The notes beneath the pieces are model-generated. The model had not been told where the DNA came from and searched no databases. It saw only the letters and a program-made list of their open reading frames with translations. Source: an uncultured virus (IMG/VR IMGVR_UViG_3300023196_001660) (Duplodnaviria > Heunggongvirae > Uroviricota > Caudoviricetes > Crassvirales). Taken from it: a stretch of DNA of 64,000 nucleotides. Position 1 is the stretch's first letter. Every line of letters starts with the position of its first letter. The position numbers and the translations under genes are program-made. This document shows, in pieces, positions 40,464-51,100 of this stretch. Where the stretch lies: the IMG/VR virus record IMGVR_UViG_3300023196_001660; one strand, given 5' to 3'.

Positions 40464-41299
40464 CTCAAATAACTATTAAAAATTATATTAGACAAGTTAA
40501 GTTATCTGAAGCTCAAAGAAAAAAATATTACGAATGGGATGGAGTTACTATTAAAAGTGGAAGTAAAAAACTTTTATTAAAGTATATAAATCCCGAATGT
40601 AAAAATAGTATTATACGAAATGATGGTAATATTTTACCTACACATCTTGCTAGTACTTATAAAATTGGTATATTTAAAGGTAATAAACTTATAGGATTAT
40701 ATACTGATAGACAATGTTTATTTGCTATGGCTTTAACTCCTAAACAAAATCTTTTAGAAACTAAATATTTTTTGATAGACGGATTTATACGAGATAAAAT
40801 TATAGCTAATGATACACAAGCTGGTAAACCAAAGTATCATACTATTAATGGACAAGCTTTTTATAATCAAACTTTAAATCCTTTTGCAAGAGTTAAAGTA
40901 ATGGAAGCTATTAAAAATATGTATTATGATAAGTTTAAAAGTATTAATTGGAACATATTACATAGTTTACAAAATAAATTAAGTAAATCTTACCCTTTAT
41001 ATATAGAAATGGAGATACATGATACTGTTAAAAGTACTTATGATAATAGTAGAAATGATATAGGTAGACGTTGGGACGTAGGTAATAGAGCTGAACCTTA
41101 TATGAAAGGCTTTCTTGATTTTATAGTTACTGGTCAAGAAGATATAGAACCATTAATAGAAGATGATGATAGACTTCATGTTACATCAGGTAATAATGCT
41201 TGTTTTATACCTTGTACTGAACTTGATACTCCTAAACTTGTATTTAAGATATATAAAGATAACAATCCTCTTTGGGATATAGTACTAGATAGATTATGA
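40442..41299 (+). CDS. RusA-like Holliday junction resolvase (C-terminal domain)
   Basis: WDVGN...YMKGFLD...LIEDDD matches the RusA D-x-x-N..K...D...DD pattern. Confidence 0.55.
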   Translation: MHQRNLLTQITIKNYIRQVKLSEAQRKKYYEWDGVTIKSGSKKLLLKYINPECKNSIIRNDGNILPTHLASTYKIGIFKGNKLIGLYTDRQCLFAMALTPKQNLLETKYFLIDGFIRDKIIANDTQAGKPKYHTINGQAFYNQTLNPFARVKVMEAIKNMYYDKFKSINWNILHSLQNKLSKSYPLYIEMEIHDTVKSTYDNSRNDIGRRWDVGNRAEPYMKGFLDFIVTGQEDIEPLIEDDDRLHVTSGNNACFIPCTELDTPKLVFKIYKDNNPLWDIVLDRL

Positions 41300-41688
41300 C
41301 TGAATATGAAGAAATATGTATTGGCAAATCTGTTGCTGAACTTAAAGAAGAACTTAAATATCAAATAGAAAAGTTAAACTTTACTGAAACTGATAGTTTT
41401 CCTCAATACATTAAAGAACAAATAGAAAAAGGTAATCCTAATCATTATAATATTAAATTTAAAGGTATTGATGATTGGCATAGACCTGTATATAAACTTC
41501 AAGGTTTAAATGTTTATTTAGGCGATGTTGATAATTTATTTGGTTGGGAAGATACTAAAGAAACTGTTGATGCTTTTTATAAAAAAGATGATAATATAAA
41601 ATGTCTTTGTATATTTGGTAGTACGTTTAATAAACATGACCCTTTAGGAACTAATATAAAAAAAGAAATAAAACTTAACATATTATGA
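41296..41688 (+). CDS. Hypothetical protein
   Basis: 130 aa; KGIDDWHRPVY motif. Confidence 0.6.
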   Translation: MTEYEEICIGKSVAELKEELKYQIEKLNFTETDSFPQYIKEQIEKGNPNHYNIKFKGIDDWHRPVYKLQGLNVYLGDVDNLFGWEDTKETVDAFYKKDDNIKCLCIFGSTFNKHDPLGTNIKKEIKLNIL

Positions 41689-42998
41689 TAATAAAAACAT
41701 TTGATACACTATACGCAAGAGATAGTAAAGGAACTATTCTACAATGGAACATAGAAGTAAGTGGTGGAACTGACATATCTATTAGAATGTCTTATGGAGA
41801 ATATAATGGTGCTCAAGCTTTAAAATGGCAACGTAATATTAAAGGTAAGAATATAGGTAAGAGTAATGAAACTACTCCATATAATCAAGCTATTGCAGAT
41901 GCTGAAAGTAAGATAAGATTACGTAAGAAAAAAGGTTATATGACTTTAGAAGAAGTACAAAAATTAGAAATTACTACAGATGGTATAAAGTTTAGAAAAC
42001 TAATACAAATGGAAGATAAGGTATTACAAACACTTGCTACACTTTTACCTAAATATCGTACAGATGCTTCAGGACATATTAAACCTATGAAAGCTCAACA
42101 ATACTATAGAAGTAAGAAAAATTGGACTGACAATTATGGTATTATTTGGGATGATAGAAAGTATTTTTATCTTACTAATCCTTATGTTAATAAAGAAAGT
42201 AATGCTATTATTACAAAATTTCCTTGTATGGCACAACCTAAAATTAATGGTGTTCGTGTTACAGTACAATTAGTAGATAATAAACCTGTACTTAAAAGTA
42301 AAGAAGGTAAAATTTATACTGTAGCTCATATTAATGATTTTCTAACTATTAATAGTGATATATTTAAAGAAGGAGAACATACTGTTGTTTTAGATGGTGA
42401 ACTCTATATACATGGAGAACTTCTTCAAGATATAGGAAGTGCTATTAATAAACCTAATTTAAATACTCCTAGAATAGTACTTATTTTATTTGATATTGCA
42501 ATAGAAGATAATACTAATTTAGAAAGATGGAATTATATTAAAGATGCTATACAACCTAAATTAGATATTCATCTTAATTGTCCTATACAAGTTATACAAA
42601 CTGTTAAAATTAATAACGATGCAGATGCTCAAAAATTTACTGATATATGTATTGGTAGAGGATATGAAGGTGCTATTTTTAGACAATTTAAAGGAGAGTA
42701 TAAATTTGGTGGTAGACCACAAGATATGACTAAACTTAAAAGAACTCTTAGTGATGAATTTAATATAATCAATATAGTACCACAAGAAAAAGATGATACT
42801 AAAGGTAATTTTATTTGTATTACTAAAGAAGGGTTACAATTTGCTGTTAATCCTAAAGGTAGTGATACTTTTAAAAGGAAAGTATTATATCAACGTGATA
42901 AATTTATAGGAAAATCCCTTACTTGTGATTTTTATGAATGGACTAAAGATAAGAAACCTTTTCATATCTTAAATAATACAGTTAGAGATTATGAATGA
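41685..42998 (+). CDS. ATP-dependent DNA ligase with N-terminal WGR-like domain
   Basis: KPMKA, QPKINGVR, LDGELY, FDI, EGAIFR, TKLK nucleotidyltransferase motifs. Confidence 0.9.
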   Translation: MIIKTFDTLYARDSKGTILQWNIEVSGGTDISIRMSYGEYNGAQALKWQRNIKGKNIGKSNETTPYNQAIADAESKIRLRKKKGYMTLEEVQKLEITTDGIKFRKLIQMEDKVLQTLATLLPKYRTDASGHIKPMKAQQYYRSKKNWTDNYGIIWDDRKYFYLTNPYVNKESNAIITKFPCMAQPKINGVRVTVQLVDNKPVLKSKEGKIYTVAHINDFLTINSDIFKEGEHTVVLDGELYIHGELLQDIGSAINKPNLNTPRIVLILFDIAIEDNTNLERWNYIKDAIQPKLDIHLNCPIQVIQTVKINNDADAQKFTDICIGRGYEGAIFRQFKGEYKFGGRPQDMTKLKRTLSDEFNIINIVPQEKDDTKGNFICITKEGLQFAVNPKGSDTFKRKVLYQRDKFIGKSLTCDFYEWTKDKKPFHILNNTVRDYE

Positions 42999-43440
42999 TA
43001 ATATAAGAAAATGCTATTTATGTGGTGAACCTACTGTAAATAAATATTGTGAAAATACATCTTGTCAAGTATATAAAGATGATGAACATCCTAATATAGA
43101 AGTAATTTACATAAAAAGACAAAAACTTCCTAGAATAAAGGATGAAAAAGGATATAACACTTATAATATAGTAGATAAAGATAATATTACTTTAAATTTT
43201 ATTGAAACTAAATATATGAAGTCTTGTATAGTATTATTAGATATAGAAAATGAATTTTATTATTCTGAAACATTTAATAAGTTTTATAAAACTCTTAATG
43301 AAGAAGAAAGAAATAATCTTATTAGTATTACTACTTATGTTTTATATTTAACTCTTAAACAAATCTCAATTATAGAAGATAGATTTAGCTATGTTATAAG
43401 TGATTGGGGTAAAATTAAAATGATATATAATGAAAACTAA
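42991..43440 (+). CDS. Hypothetical protein with N-terminal Zn ribbon
   Basis: CYLCG...CENTSC. Confidence 0.55.
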   Translation: MNDNIRKCYLCGEPTVNKYCENTSCQVYKDDEHPNIEVIYIKRQKLPRIKDEKGYNTYNIVDKDNITLNFIETKYMKSCIVLLDIENEFYYSETFNKFYKTLNEEERNNLISITTYVLYLTLKQISIIEDRFSYVISDWGKIKMIYNEN

Positions 43441-44083
43441 ATTTAAACTTAGAGATTCATATTTTTTAGAAATATGGCAAGATGAAAATGCTGAAAGTCC
43501 TAATGAAAATGGAAATGAAGATACTTTTTTAGTATACGACCATAGAAGTTTTACTGTTAATAGAGATAATTTTGAACCTCAAGAAATACATAATTATCTT
43601 ACAGTAGTTACAGATGATAAAGACGAAGTAACTGATTATTCTAATTATTGGATATTTGTTGTATATGCTTATATACATAGTGGAGTATCTTTATCTTTAG
43701 GTAATACAGAGTTTCCTTATAATTGTAATTGGGATACTTCTTCTACTGGTTATATACTTGTTAAAAAAGATATACTTCAACAAGGAGCAGGTAATGTAGA
43801 AAAAGACTTAACACAAAAAGAAGCTCATAAATATGCTGAAAGTCTTATTAAAGAATGGAACACTTATTTAAGTGGGGATATATATGGTTTTACAGTTGTA
43901 GAAGAAGTTAAATGTGAACTGTGTAAGCATATAGAAGAAGAAAGTGTTGATTCTTGTGGTGGATTTTATAAACTAACTGATGTTGATTTACTTGCTGATA
44001 TGCTTATCAATATAGATGTTAAATATTACCCAAAAACCCCTCATAACTCGGTACAGCTAATCGCTCAAAGCCTTTTAAACTAA
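43430..44083 (+). CDS. Phage hypothetical protein
   Basis: YIHSGVSL...WDTS..GYI...YLSGDIYGF...DSCGGFY pattern recalled from other phage proteins; function unknown. Confidence 0.6.
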   Translation: MKTKFKLRDSYFLEIWQDENAESPNENGNEDTFLVYDHRSFTVNRDNFEPQEIHNYLTVVTDDKDEVTDYSNYWIFVVYAYIHSGVSLSLGNTEFPYNCNWDTSSTGYILVKKDILQQGAGNVEKDLTQKEAHKYAESLIKEWNTYLSGDIYGFTVVEEVKCELCKHIEEESVDSCGGFYKLTDVDLLADMLINIDVKYYPKTPHNSVQLIAQSLLN

Positions 44084-44137
44084 AGGGTTAGTAATACCTT
44101 ATAGATACAAAAATAACCGTAAAAACGCTTAAAAACT

Positions 44138-44701
44138 ATGGATAATAAACAAAATGAACAAGGACTTTCAATAGTAGATACACTACTTAATCGTAGTAGT
44201 AAAGAAACTGTAGCCCTTATTAAACAAGCTATACAAGAAGGAGAAGCAAATCCTGCATATGTAGGAGTAGTACTTAAGAAATTTGCTAAAGTAGCAGAAG
44301 TAGTTAAGAAAGATAAAGAACTTATTGAAGTTATTGAAACTGATACTAAGACTTATCAAGAAGGAACTGCTAAAACATTTAGTGTATATGGTGCTAAAGT
44401 AACCATAGCTAGTGGTGGCTTTTGGGATTATTCTAATACCAACGACCCTTATCTTACTAAACTTCAAGAAATAGAAGCTCTTATGAAAGAAATGATTAAG
44501 AAACGTAAAGAAGAAATAGTAGCTAAAACTGTTGTTTGGAATACTAAAAATACTCCACAAAATGTAATTAATTTTGGTATTAAAGCCTTTACTTTGACTT
44601 GGGACGATATGCCTAACTTAACTTGGGATGAAGCTGTAGGAGAAGTTACTACTAACCCACCTGTTAAAATAGGTAAAGAAACATTAAGATATACTTTATA
44701 A
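44138..44701 (+). CDS. Hypothetical protein
   Basis: 187-aa ORF. Confidence 0.65.
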   Translation: MDNKQNEQGLSIVDTLLNRSSKETVALIKQAIQEGEANPAYVGVVLKKFAKVAEVVKKDKELIEVIETDTKTYQEGTAKTFSVYGAKVTIASGGFWDYSNTNDPYLTKLQEIEALMKEMIKKRKEEIVAKTVVWNTKNTPQNVINFGIKAFTLTWDDMPNLTWDEAVGEVTTNPPVKIGKETLRYTL

Positions 44702-44702
44702 T

Positions 44703-45050
44703 ATGGTACTAAATATAGATATTAATATAAACAGATTAACACATAATGCTGATACTGTTAAAAATGTAGTAGATATTGAATTTAAAAATCTTTATAAATA
44801 TGATAAAGATTTTACATATAATATACTTAAGAATGATAAAGAAGTAGTAGTTGATTATAAAGGACTTCGATTTGCTTTTGAAACACCTATTATTAAAAAA
44901 GATTTAATACCTATTATGTCTTATTTATTTTTCTTTAAGGCACAATATACTTATGAAATGATTGATACATTTAAGTTAGAATATACTCTTGCTATGTATT
45001 ATATAATTTGCTTAAAAACTGAATATAAAAATAAAACAACAATTAAATAA
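44703..45050 (+). CDS. Hypothetical protein
   Basis: 115-aa ORF. Confidence 0.55.
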   Translation: MVLNIDININRLTHNADTVKNVVDIEFKNLYKYDKDFTYNILKNDKEVVVDYKGLRFAFETPIIKKDLIPIMSYLFFFKAQYTYEMIDTFKLEYTLAMYYIICLKTEYKNKTTIK

Positions 45051-45055
45051 TAACT

Positions 45056-45505
45056 ATGAATTATAATAAATTAAAAACTACTGAACTTACTTTAGAAAAA
45101 GCTAAAAAACTTTCTAAAATATATGACAGACCACTTCAAAACCATGTTATTCTTATGAATGCTGTAGCTCCTATGGTAACTGAAGGTGGAATAATATTAG
45201 GAAATGATGCTCATAAAGCCCAACAACAAGAAGCCAATAAATTAGGTATGTTAGTTGTTAATTCTCCTTTTAAATTAAGTCCTGATGGAGCTAAAGACTT
45301 AAGTAACATTAATGCTGTTTATGAAGGAGAACATGTACTATTTCAAAAAGATTCTCCTGCTGCTTTTGTAACTACAATTACTAGTGAAGATTTAGTAGAA
45401 GGTCTTAAATTAGATGGTAAAGAAGTTACAAAAGAGATGTATCAAAAATATGTAATAATTTGTATAAGTGCACATTACTTAACTTGTACAGTAATAAAAG
45501 AATAA
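45056..45505 (+). CDS. GroES-like co-chaperonin
   Basis: RPLQNHVIL...TEGGIILG (mobile loop)...VYEGEHVLF. Confidence 0.6.
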   Translation: MNYNKLKTTELTLEKAKKLSKIYDRPLQNHVILMNAVAPMVTEGGIILGNDAHKAQQQEANKLGMLVVNSPFKLSPDGAKDLSNINAVYEGEHVLFQKDSPAAFVTTITSEDLVEGLKLDGKEVTKEMYQKYVIICISAHYLTCTVIKE

Positions 45506-45506
45506 T

Positions 45507-46520
45507 ATGGCACATGGATTTAGAGATTTAGGTAGACACACTACCTTTGCAACAAGAAAAGAATTAGCATGGCATAGACTTGGTAAAGTTGTTAATGCTA
45601 TGACTAGTGAAGAAGCTATCGTTTTAGGTGGTATGGATTTTGAAGTAGGTTTAAAACCTATTTATACTGTAGATGATGGACATAATATGACAGAACAAGT
45701 AGGTAATACTACTTCTAGATTTATTAATAAAAGTGCATTTACTCAATTATCAAGTAATTTTGCTACTTATCGCAAAGATAATCAACATACATTTGGTATA
45801 GTAGGTGCAAGATATGAAGTAATACAGAATACTGAAGCTTTTCAATTTTTTGATAGTATTATTGGAGAAGGTCATGCTGAATATGAAACTGTAGGTGCTT
45901 TAGGAGATGGAGAAAGAGTTTTCTTAACTGCTAAAATACCTGAAAAAATGTTAATAGGTAAAGAACACATAGATAAATATTTGTTATTTTCTATGGCACA
46001 TGATGGTACAGGAAGTATTATTATAATGTTTACTCCCATTAGAGTAGTATGTAATAATACACTTTCTGCTGCTTTAAGTGGAAATACTAATAAAGTATCT
46101 ATTAGACATACTAAAAATGCCCGAAATAGAATAGAAGATGCAAAGGCTGTATTGGGTATAGTTCATCAAAATGGTTTAATGCTTGAAGAAGTATTTAATC
46201 AAATGCTTAAAGTTAAACTGCATGACCAAGAAATTGGAGAAATTGTTATTAAATCTTTTGGATTTACTCCTGATGTTAAGACTAATGAATTTAGTACAAG
46301 AGCTAAAAACAAATTTAAGGAAATAATGGCTTTTCATGAAAGTGGAGTAGGTCAAAAAGATATTAGAGGAACTGCATGGGGAGCTTATAATGCTATTACA
46401 GGCTATCAACAAAATGTTCAAAATTATCGTGATGATAATGTAGAATTTGATAGTATCTTTAATAAAACTAATGCTAATGTTAGACAGAAAGCTTTTAATG
46501 AATTAGTAAGTTTATTATGA
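45507..46520 (+). CDS. DUF932 family phage/plasmid protein
   Basis: AWHRLG, VGARYEVIQN.EAF.FFD, ETVGAL..G.RVF, HDGTGS, TPIRVVCNNTL, RHT, GTAWGAYNAIT. Confidence 0.88.
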   Translation: MAHGFRDLGRHTTFATRKELAWHRLGKVVNAMTSEEAIVLGGMDFEVGLKPIYTVDDGHNMTEQVGNTTSRFINKSAFTQLSSNFATYRKDNQHTFGIVGARYEVIQNTEAFQFFDSIIGEGHAEYETVGALGDGERVFLTAKIPEKMLIGKEHIDKYLLFSMAHDGTGSIIIMFTPIRVVCNNTLSAALSGNTNKVSIRHTKNARNRIEDAKAVLGIVHQNGLMLEEVFNQMLKVKLHDQEIGEIVIKSFGFTPDVKTNEFSTRAKNKFKEIMAFHESGVGQKDIRGTAWGAYNAITGYQQNVQNYRDDNVEFDSIFNKTNANVRQKAFNELVSLL

Positions 46521-46828
46521 CAAAAAGAGTTAAGATAGATAATGATAATCCTAATGATGAACGAAGATTCATTATAAGAAGAACTTGTCTTGAAAGAGGT
46601 CTTATAATGGATGAAGGCACTGTAGATTTATGTACTAATCCTAAATGTACTTGTGATATTATTAGACAAAATATGATTAAACAAATTGAAGATTTTATTC
46701 ATATTAGAAAGTACGAAGCCTTAATATTAAGCTTTATACCTAAACTTAATAATTATGAAATTAAAGAAGCTTATTATAAACATTTTAAAATAACTAATAA
46801 AAGACAAGGACAAGCAAATGTACCATAA
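46517..46828 (+). CDS. Hypothetical protein
   Basis: 103 aa, CTNPKCTC. Confidence 0.55.
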   Translation: MTKRVKIDNDNPNDERRFIIRRTCLERGLIMDEGTVDLCTNPKCTCDIIRQNMIKQIEDFIHIRKYEALILSFIPKLNNYEIKEAYYKHFKITNKRQGQANVP

Positions 46829-47522
46829 CAAAGAATTATTAGCTACAAGACTTTATGAAGTACTTGATGACCTTATACTTACAGATGATAAGGGTACTGT
46901 AAGTATAGATAAACTTTTAAACCCTCAACAAAAATATGATATGATAATGCATATTATGAATGGTTTGCCTATAACTGATTTTGAAAGAGTATTAGAGTTT
47001 AATACTAAATTTAAAGTTAAAAAAGAAACTACTCATGTTGTACCAAACTTTACTCAAAGAGAGTTAAGATACCAATTAATTCTTGAAGAAGTTTTGGAAC
47101 TTGGTAATGCTTTTGGTTTTACTCATTATCAGTTATATGCTACTTATATTAAAGTAGCCAATAAAGTAAACAGTAAAAACATAGAACCTAATTTAGTTAA
47201 TGTATTAGATGCTTTTATAGACATTTTATTTGTTACCTACGGAGGATTAGATGTTTGTAATTTAACAGATGTTTCACATGAAGCTATGGAAGAAGTGTAT
47301 AATAGTAATATGAGTAAACTCATACCTGATTTACATTTATCTAAAGATACTATTAAGGCATCTGTTAAAAAACTTAAAGAAGAAGGAAAAGATGTTGTAA
47401 GCCTTGACCTTAAAAACGGATATGTTGCAATTTGTGATGTAGTTACAGGTAAAATACTAAAACCTATAATATTTTCCGAACCTGATTTACAAAAAATTAT
47501 TAATAAACATTTTAAAAATTAA
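46818..47522 (+). CDS. MazG-like (PRA-PH type) nucleoside-triphosphate pyrophosphohydrolase
   Basis: LILEEVLEL, DAFIDILFVTYG, EVYNSNMSK, GKILKP..F.EPDL. Confidence 0.85.
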   Translation: MYHNKELLATRLYEVLDDLILTDDKGTVSIDKLLNPQQKYDMIMHIMNGLPITDFERVLEFNTKFKVKKETTHVVPNFTQRELRYQLILEEVLELGNAFGFTHYQLYATYIKVANKVNSKNIEPNLVNVLDAFIDILFVTYGGLDVCNLTDVSHEAMEEVYNSNMSKLIPDLHLSKDTIKASVKKLKEEGKDVVSLDLKNGYVAICDVVTGKILKPIIFSEPDLQKIINKHFKN

Positions 47523-47527
47523 AACAA

Positions 47528-47944
47528 ATGAACGATTTATTTAATTTAACTAATATTATATTAGTTATCGCAGTTATCACTGCCATTATATTTATTATTA
47601 AACGTAGTAACATTAGTGGACTACTTAATGAAAGCGATAGTGCTTTAACAAGTGCTAGATATAACATTAATACCCTTAACAAAACTATTGAAACACAAGA
47701 CCAAATGATTGTCAATAGAGATAGGACTATTAAAGGATTGGAAAGTACTTTAAGTCTTAAAGATGAAAGTTTAACTACTTCTTTAGTTTTTGTAACTAAC
47801 GATAAAAAGAGAGAAGTAGTAAATAACTTAAAAGTAAAGACAATAACAGATAGAGGAGGTAATACAACTCTTGCACCTAGTATAAGAAGAAAAATAAAAG
47901 GTAAATGGGAAGAAGTACCTGTTTTGTTAGTACATAAGAAATAG
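47528..47944 (+). CDS. N-terminally anchored membrane protein with coiled coil
   Basis: TM helix IILVIAVITAIIFII followed by a heptad-like segment. Confidence 0.6.
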   Translation: MNDLFNLTNIILVIAVITAIIFIIKRSNISGLLNESDSALTSARYNINTLNKTIETQDQMIVNRDRTIKGLESTLSLKDESLTTSLVFVTNDKKREVVNNLKVKTITDRGGNTTLAPSIRRKIKGKWEEVPVLLVHKK

Positions 47945-47973
47945 TATTTAATAGAATTTTTAGCTAATAATGT

Positions 47974-48010
47974 AAAAAGAGATACAAATATATTGTATCT
48001 CTTTTTTTTT
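47974..48010. terminator. Bidirectional intrinsic terminator between convergent blocks
   Basis: aaaaagagatacaa-atata-ttgtatctc-ttttttttt. Confidence 0.9.
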
Positions 48011-48109
48011 AAGTGCCTTAAAAACTTAATCGTCTAAAATGGCTTAATTTTTTGTGTACCTATGCCAATAAAATTTCATACACGCCAAGCATAAAGACTA
48101 TGAGTTACA

Positions 48110-51100
48110 CTATTTATCAAATGTTTGAATAGTATAGTTAATATTTTTATATACTTGAGTTCCAAATGGTAAAGCTTGTGCAGTTTCTCGTAGAAGTCGG
48201 CTATGACCAGCATATACTCCACTAGCTATCTCATCATCACCGATAGCAAATCTTCTAACAGCTTCCATCCAATCTCCTGCATCTTTTACTAAACTAGCAG
48301 CAGGTATTAAATCCCTAAGTAAACTCCTAAATTCGCCAGGATGTATATAAAATAGTATATCAGTTTTAAGTCTTATACCTTGATTAATTAATAAATTAAG
48401 AGCATACTTCTTTTTAGCATCTTTTTCATCATCTAGATTTCCTACCATTGTCTTTAATAATAAGTAAGAACCATATATACCTGTAACTAATACTATTTCC
48501 ATCATTACCTTTCTCATATTTTGTGCATCTATTTCTTTAAGAGTAGTGCCTTCTTTTATATCGTCATAATCTTCAAATAATGTGTTACTAAATGCTTTAC
48601 CAAGTGTTACATTTCTAACTAATCCTTTAAGCATATTAAGTGTAGCTTTACCTGTTCCTACAGCTTTAAAGTAAGTCATAAGACTTCTATATCTACCTTT
48701 ACGTACACCAAGTAATGCATCAGGTTTTTCATTTTCAAATCTAGTAGCAAGTCCTTCAAACATCCAAGTTCTAAATTGACTTAAAGCTCTACCTAAAAAC
48801 TTATTCTTAACTCTAATAGGAGAATTTCCATCATAGTTACCATGATTCATTTTATTAAGTTGGTCAAGTTTATTACGTAAGAACTTAACTTTCTTTTTAG
48901 GTTCTTCTCCATATTCAGCTTTCCATTCTCCATCATTATCATAAGCTTCCCACATATTAACTGTTCCTTTATCAGTGTCAATTTTATTATTCATCATTAA
49001 CGCTATCATTATAGGAGCTTGATTTAGATACTCAGTTCTTTGTGTTAAGTTATAAGGTGCTAACCATTTTTTATTTTTAGATAATTCAATATTTAAAGGA
49101 TTTTGAAATAACTCATGAGTTGCATCTTTTAATACATCCCATTTATCCATAAGACGTCTAATCTTTTTAGCATTAGTTGTTTCATATCTATTAAATGTCC
49201 AGTTTTTCATTAAGCTATCCCATACTAAACGATATGCTTTAGTAAGTTGACTAGAAGTATATAATGCACCACCAGCTGCTTCTATTTTATTAGATATAAA
49301 CCCAAAACCTATATTAGCAATAGCACTCATCATATTCCAACCCATACTTTTAAGTTGTACATACTTAAGTACTCCATCTCCTCTTTTACTCATTACGGCT
49401 ACTCCACCTATTTCTCCTATTTGGTCATTTAATGTAGTAGTATGTAATTTATGTTCTGTAGCATTTATTTTACCTTCTTTTAATTGTTTATCTAAATCAT
49501 CTAAAACTTTTCTATAATTAGCAATTCTTGCTTTTTCTTCTTTAGTATATATAAGAGTATCAGTTATACCTTCATTTTGTTTTGTCTTTCCATAAAATAC
49601 TTGAACAAAATAATCAAATTGTGCTTTAGTATTTATAAAACTATGTGTAGGTGCTTTAGGTTCTATTCTATTTCTATTATCTTTAAGTATCTCTCCTTTA
49701 CTATTTCTTTTAAATTCTACTTGTTTACCTAATATATTTTGAGCTAACTTAATACCATCTTCAATTCTAGCTTTATGTTTATAAGCTAATACTGTTAAAG
49801 CGTACACTCTTAATATTTTTGGTAAATCATAGGATTTTTGTTGAGCAAGTTTATCAGTAATTTCTTCTCCCCATATTTCCATATGATTGGCAGTAGGATT
49901 ATTACCTGTTTTCAACTTATGTTCTATAGCCTTAGTTTTAATATATGCGTGGTATTCTTGTGAATTATTAGTAACAAGATTAATTCCAAGTCGTTTCTCC
50001 TCTACTTCTGTTATAGGGTCTACAAATGCATTAGAAATATTACCTTCAATATTTATTCTACTACTTTTCTTCATACCATCTAATATAGGAGTTAATCCTA
50101 TTTTCATACCTTTATCTTTATACTCTTCAAAAAGTACTTTTTCAATATAAGGAATACCACTAAATGCTAATTGTCTTCTACTATTAGAAGGCATAACAGC
50201 TTTAAGTTGTTTATCAACCTCAACATAATAGTTATAGAACTCTAATAAATCAGCATTATTTTCAATAGTTTTAAAATTATTATCATAAAATTCTTCTCTA
50301 TTTGGAATATGATGTACAAAACTAGGAGAATTAAAATTTCTCCATTTTGTTAGTTTACTATGACTAGAAGTTTCCATATGATTATAATATCTATATGGAG
50401 AATTAGCAACTTTCCAATTTTCATATTCTCTAGAAGCATCAGCATCTCCATCAATTTCAGCTATCTCTATATCATATTTATCTGCTATACGTTCTAATCT
50501 ACCTTGTTTAAAGTTTTCATATTTCTCAAGTAGTTTAGCCTGAGTTACAATAAAATCATTAAAATGTGCTTCTCCTAAATTTTCTTTAAGTTCATCTATA
50601 TAAGCATTAGCTTCTTTTTGTACTTCTGCTGTAAGAGGAACTACAGGAAATAAATAATTTAGTTTAACTTGTAAAGTATTCTTTTTTGCCCATAATAATA
50701 AAGTATTATAATTACTAAATGTATTATCTTCTCTTAACATATTTTTAATAACACGTTGCCCCTTATCAAATGTAGTAGAATACCTACTTACTAAATGACC
50801 AGTAAGTTTATTATTTTCTGTACGTTGTCTGAAAACATCATATATTTCTTTATTCCCTGACCGTTTTAAAATAGGTCTTATCTTATCTTCTAAATTACCT
50901 AATTCAGAAAGTATTTCTTTTGTTTCATCTAAAGCATCTATGTTAGCATCTTTAAGAGATAAAAATACACTATCTAACATAGGATTATTAGAACGACTTA
51001 TATCTAAGTAATCACGTTGAAGTCCGTTAATATCTTTAAAATGATTAAAAATAGTTTCTACAGTTAAATCCGTCCCATGTTTTTTCATAAGACTTTCCAT

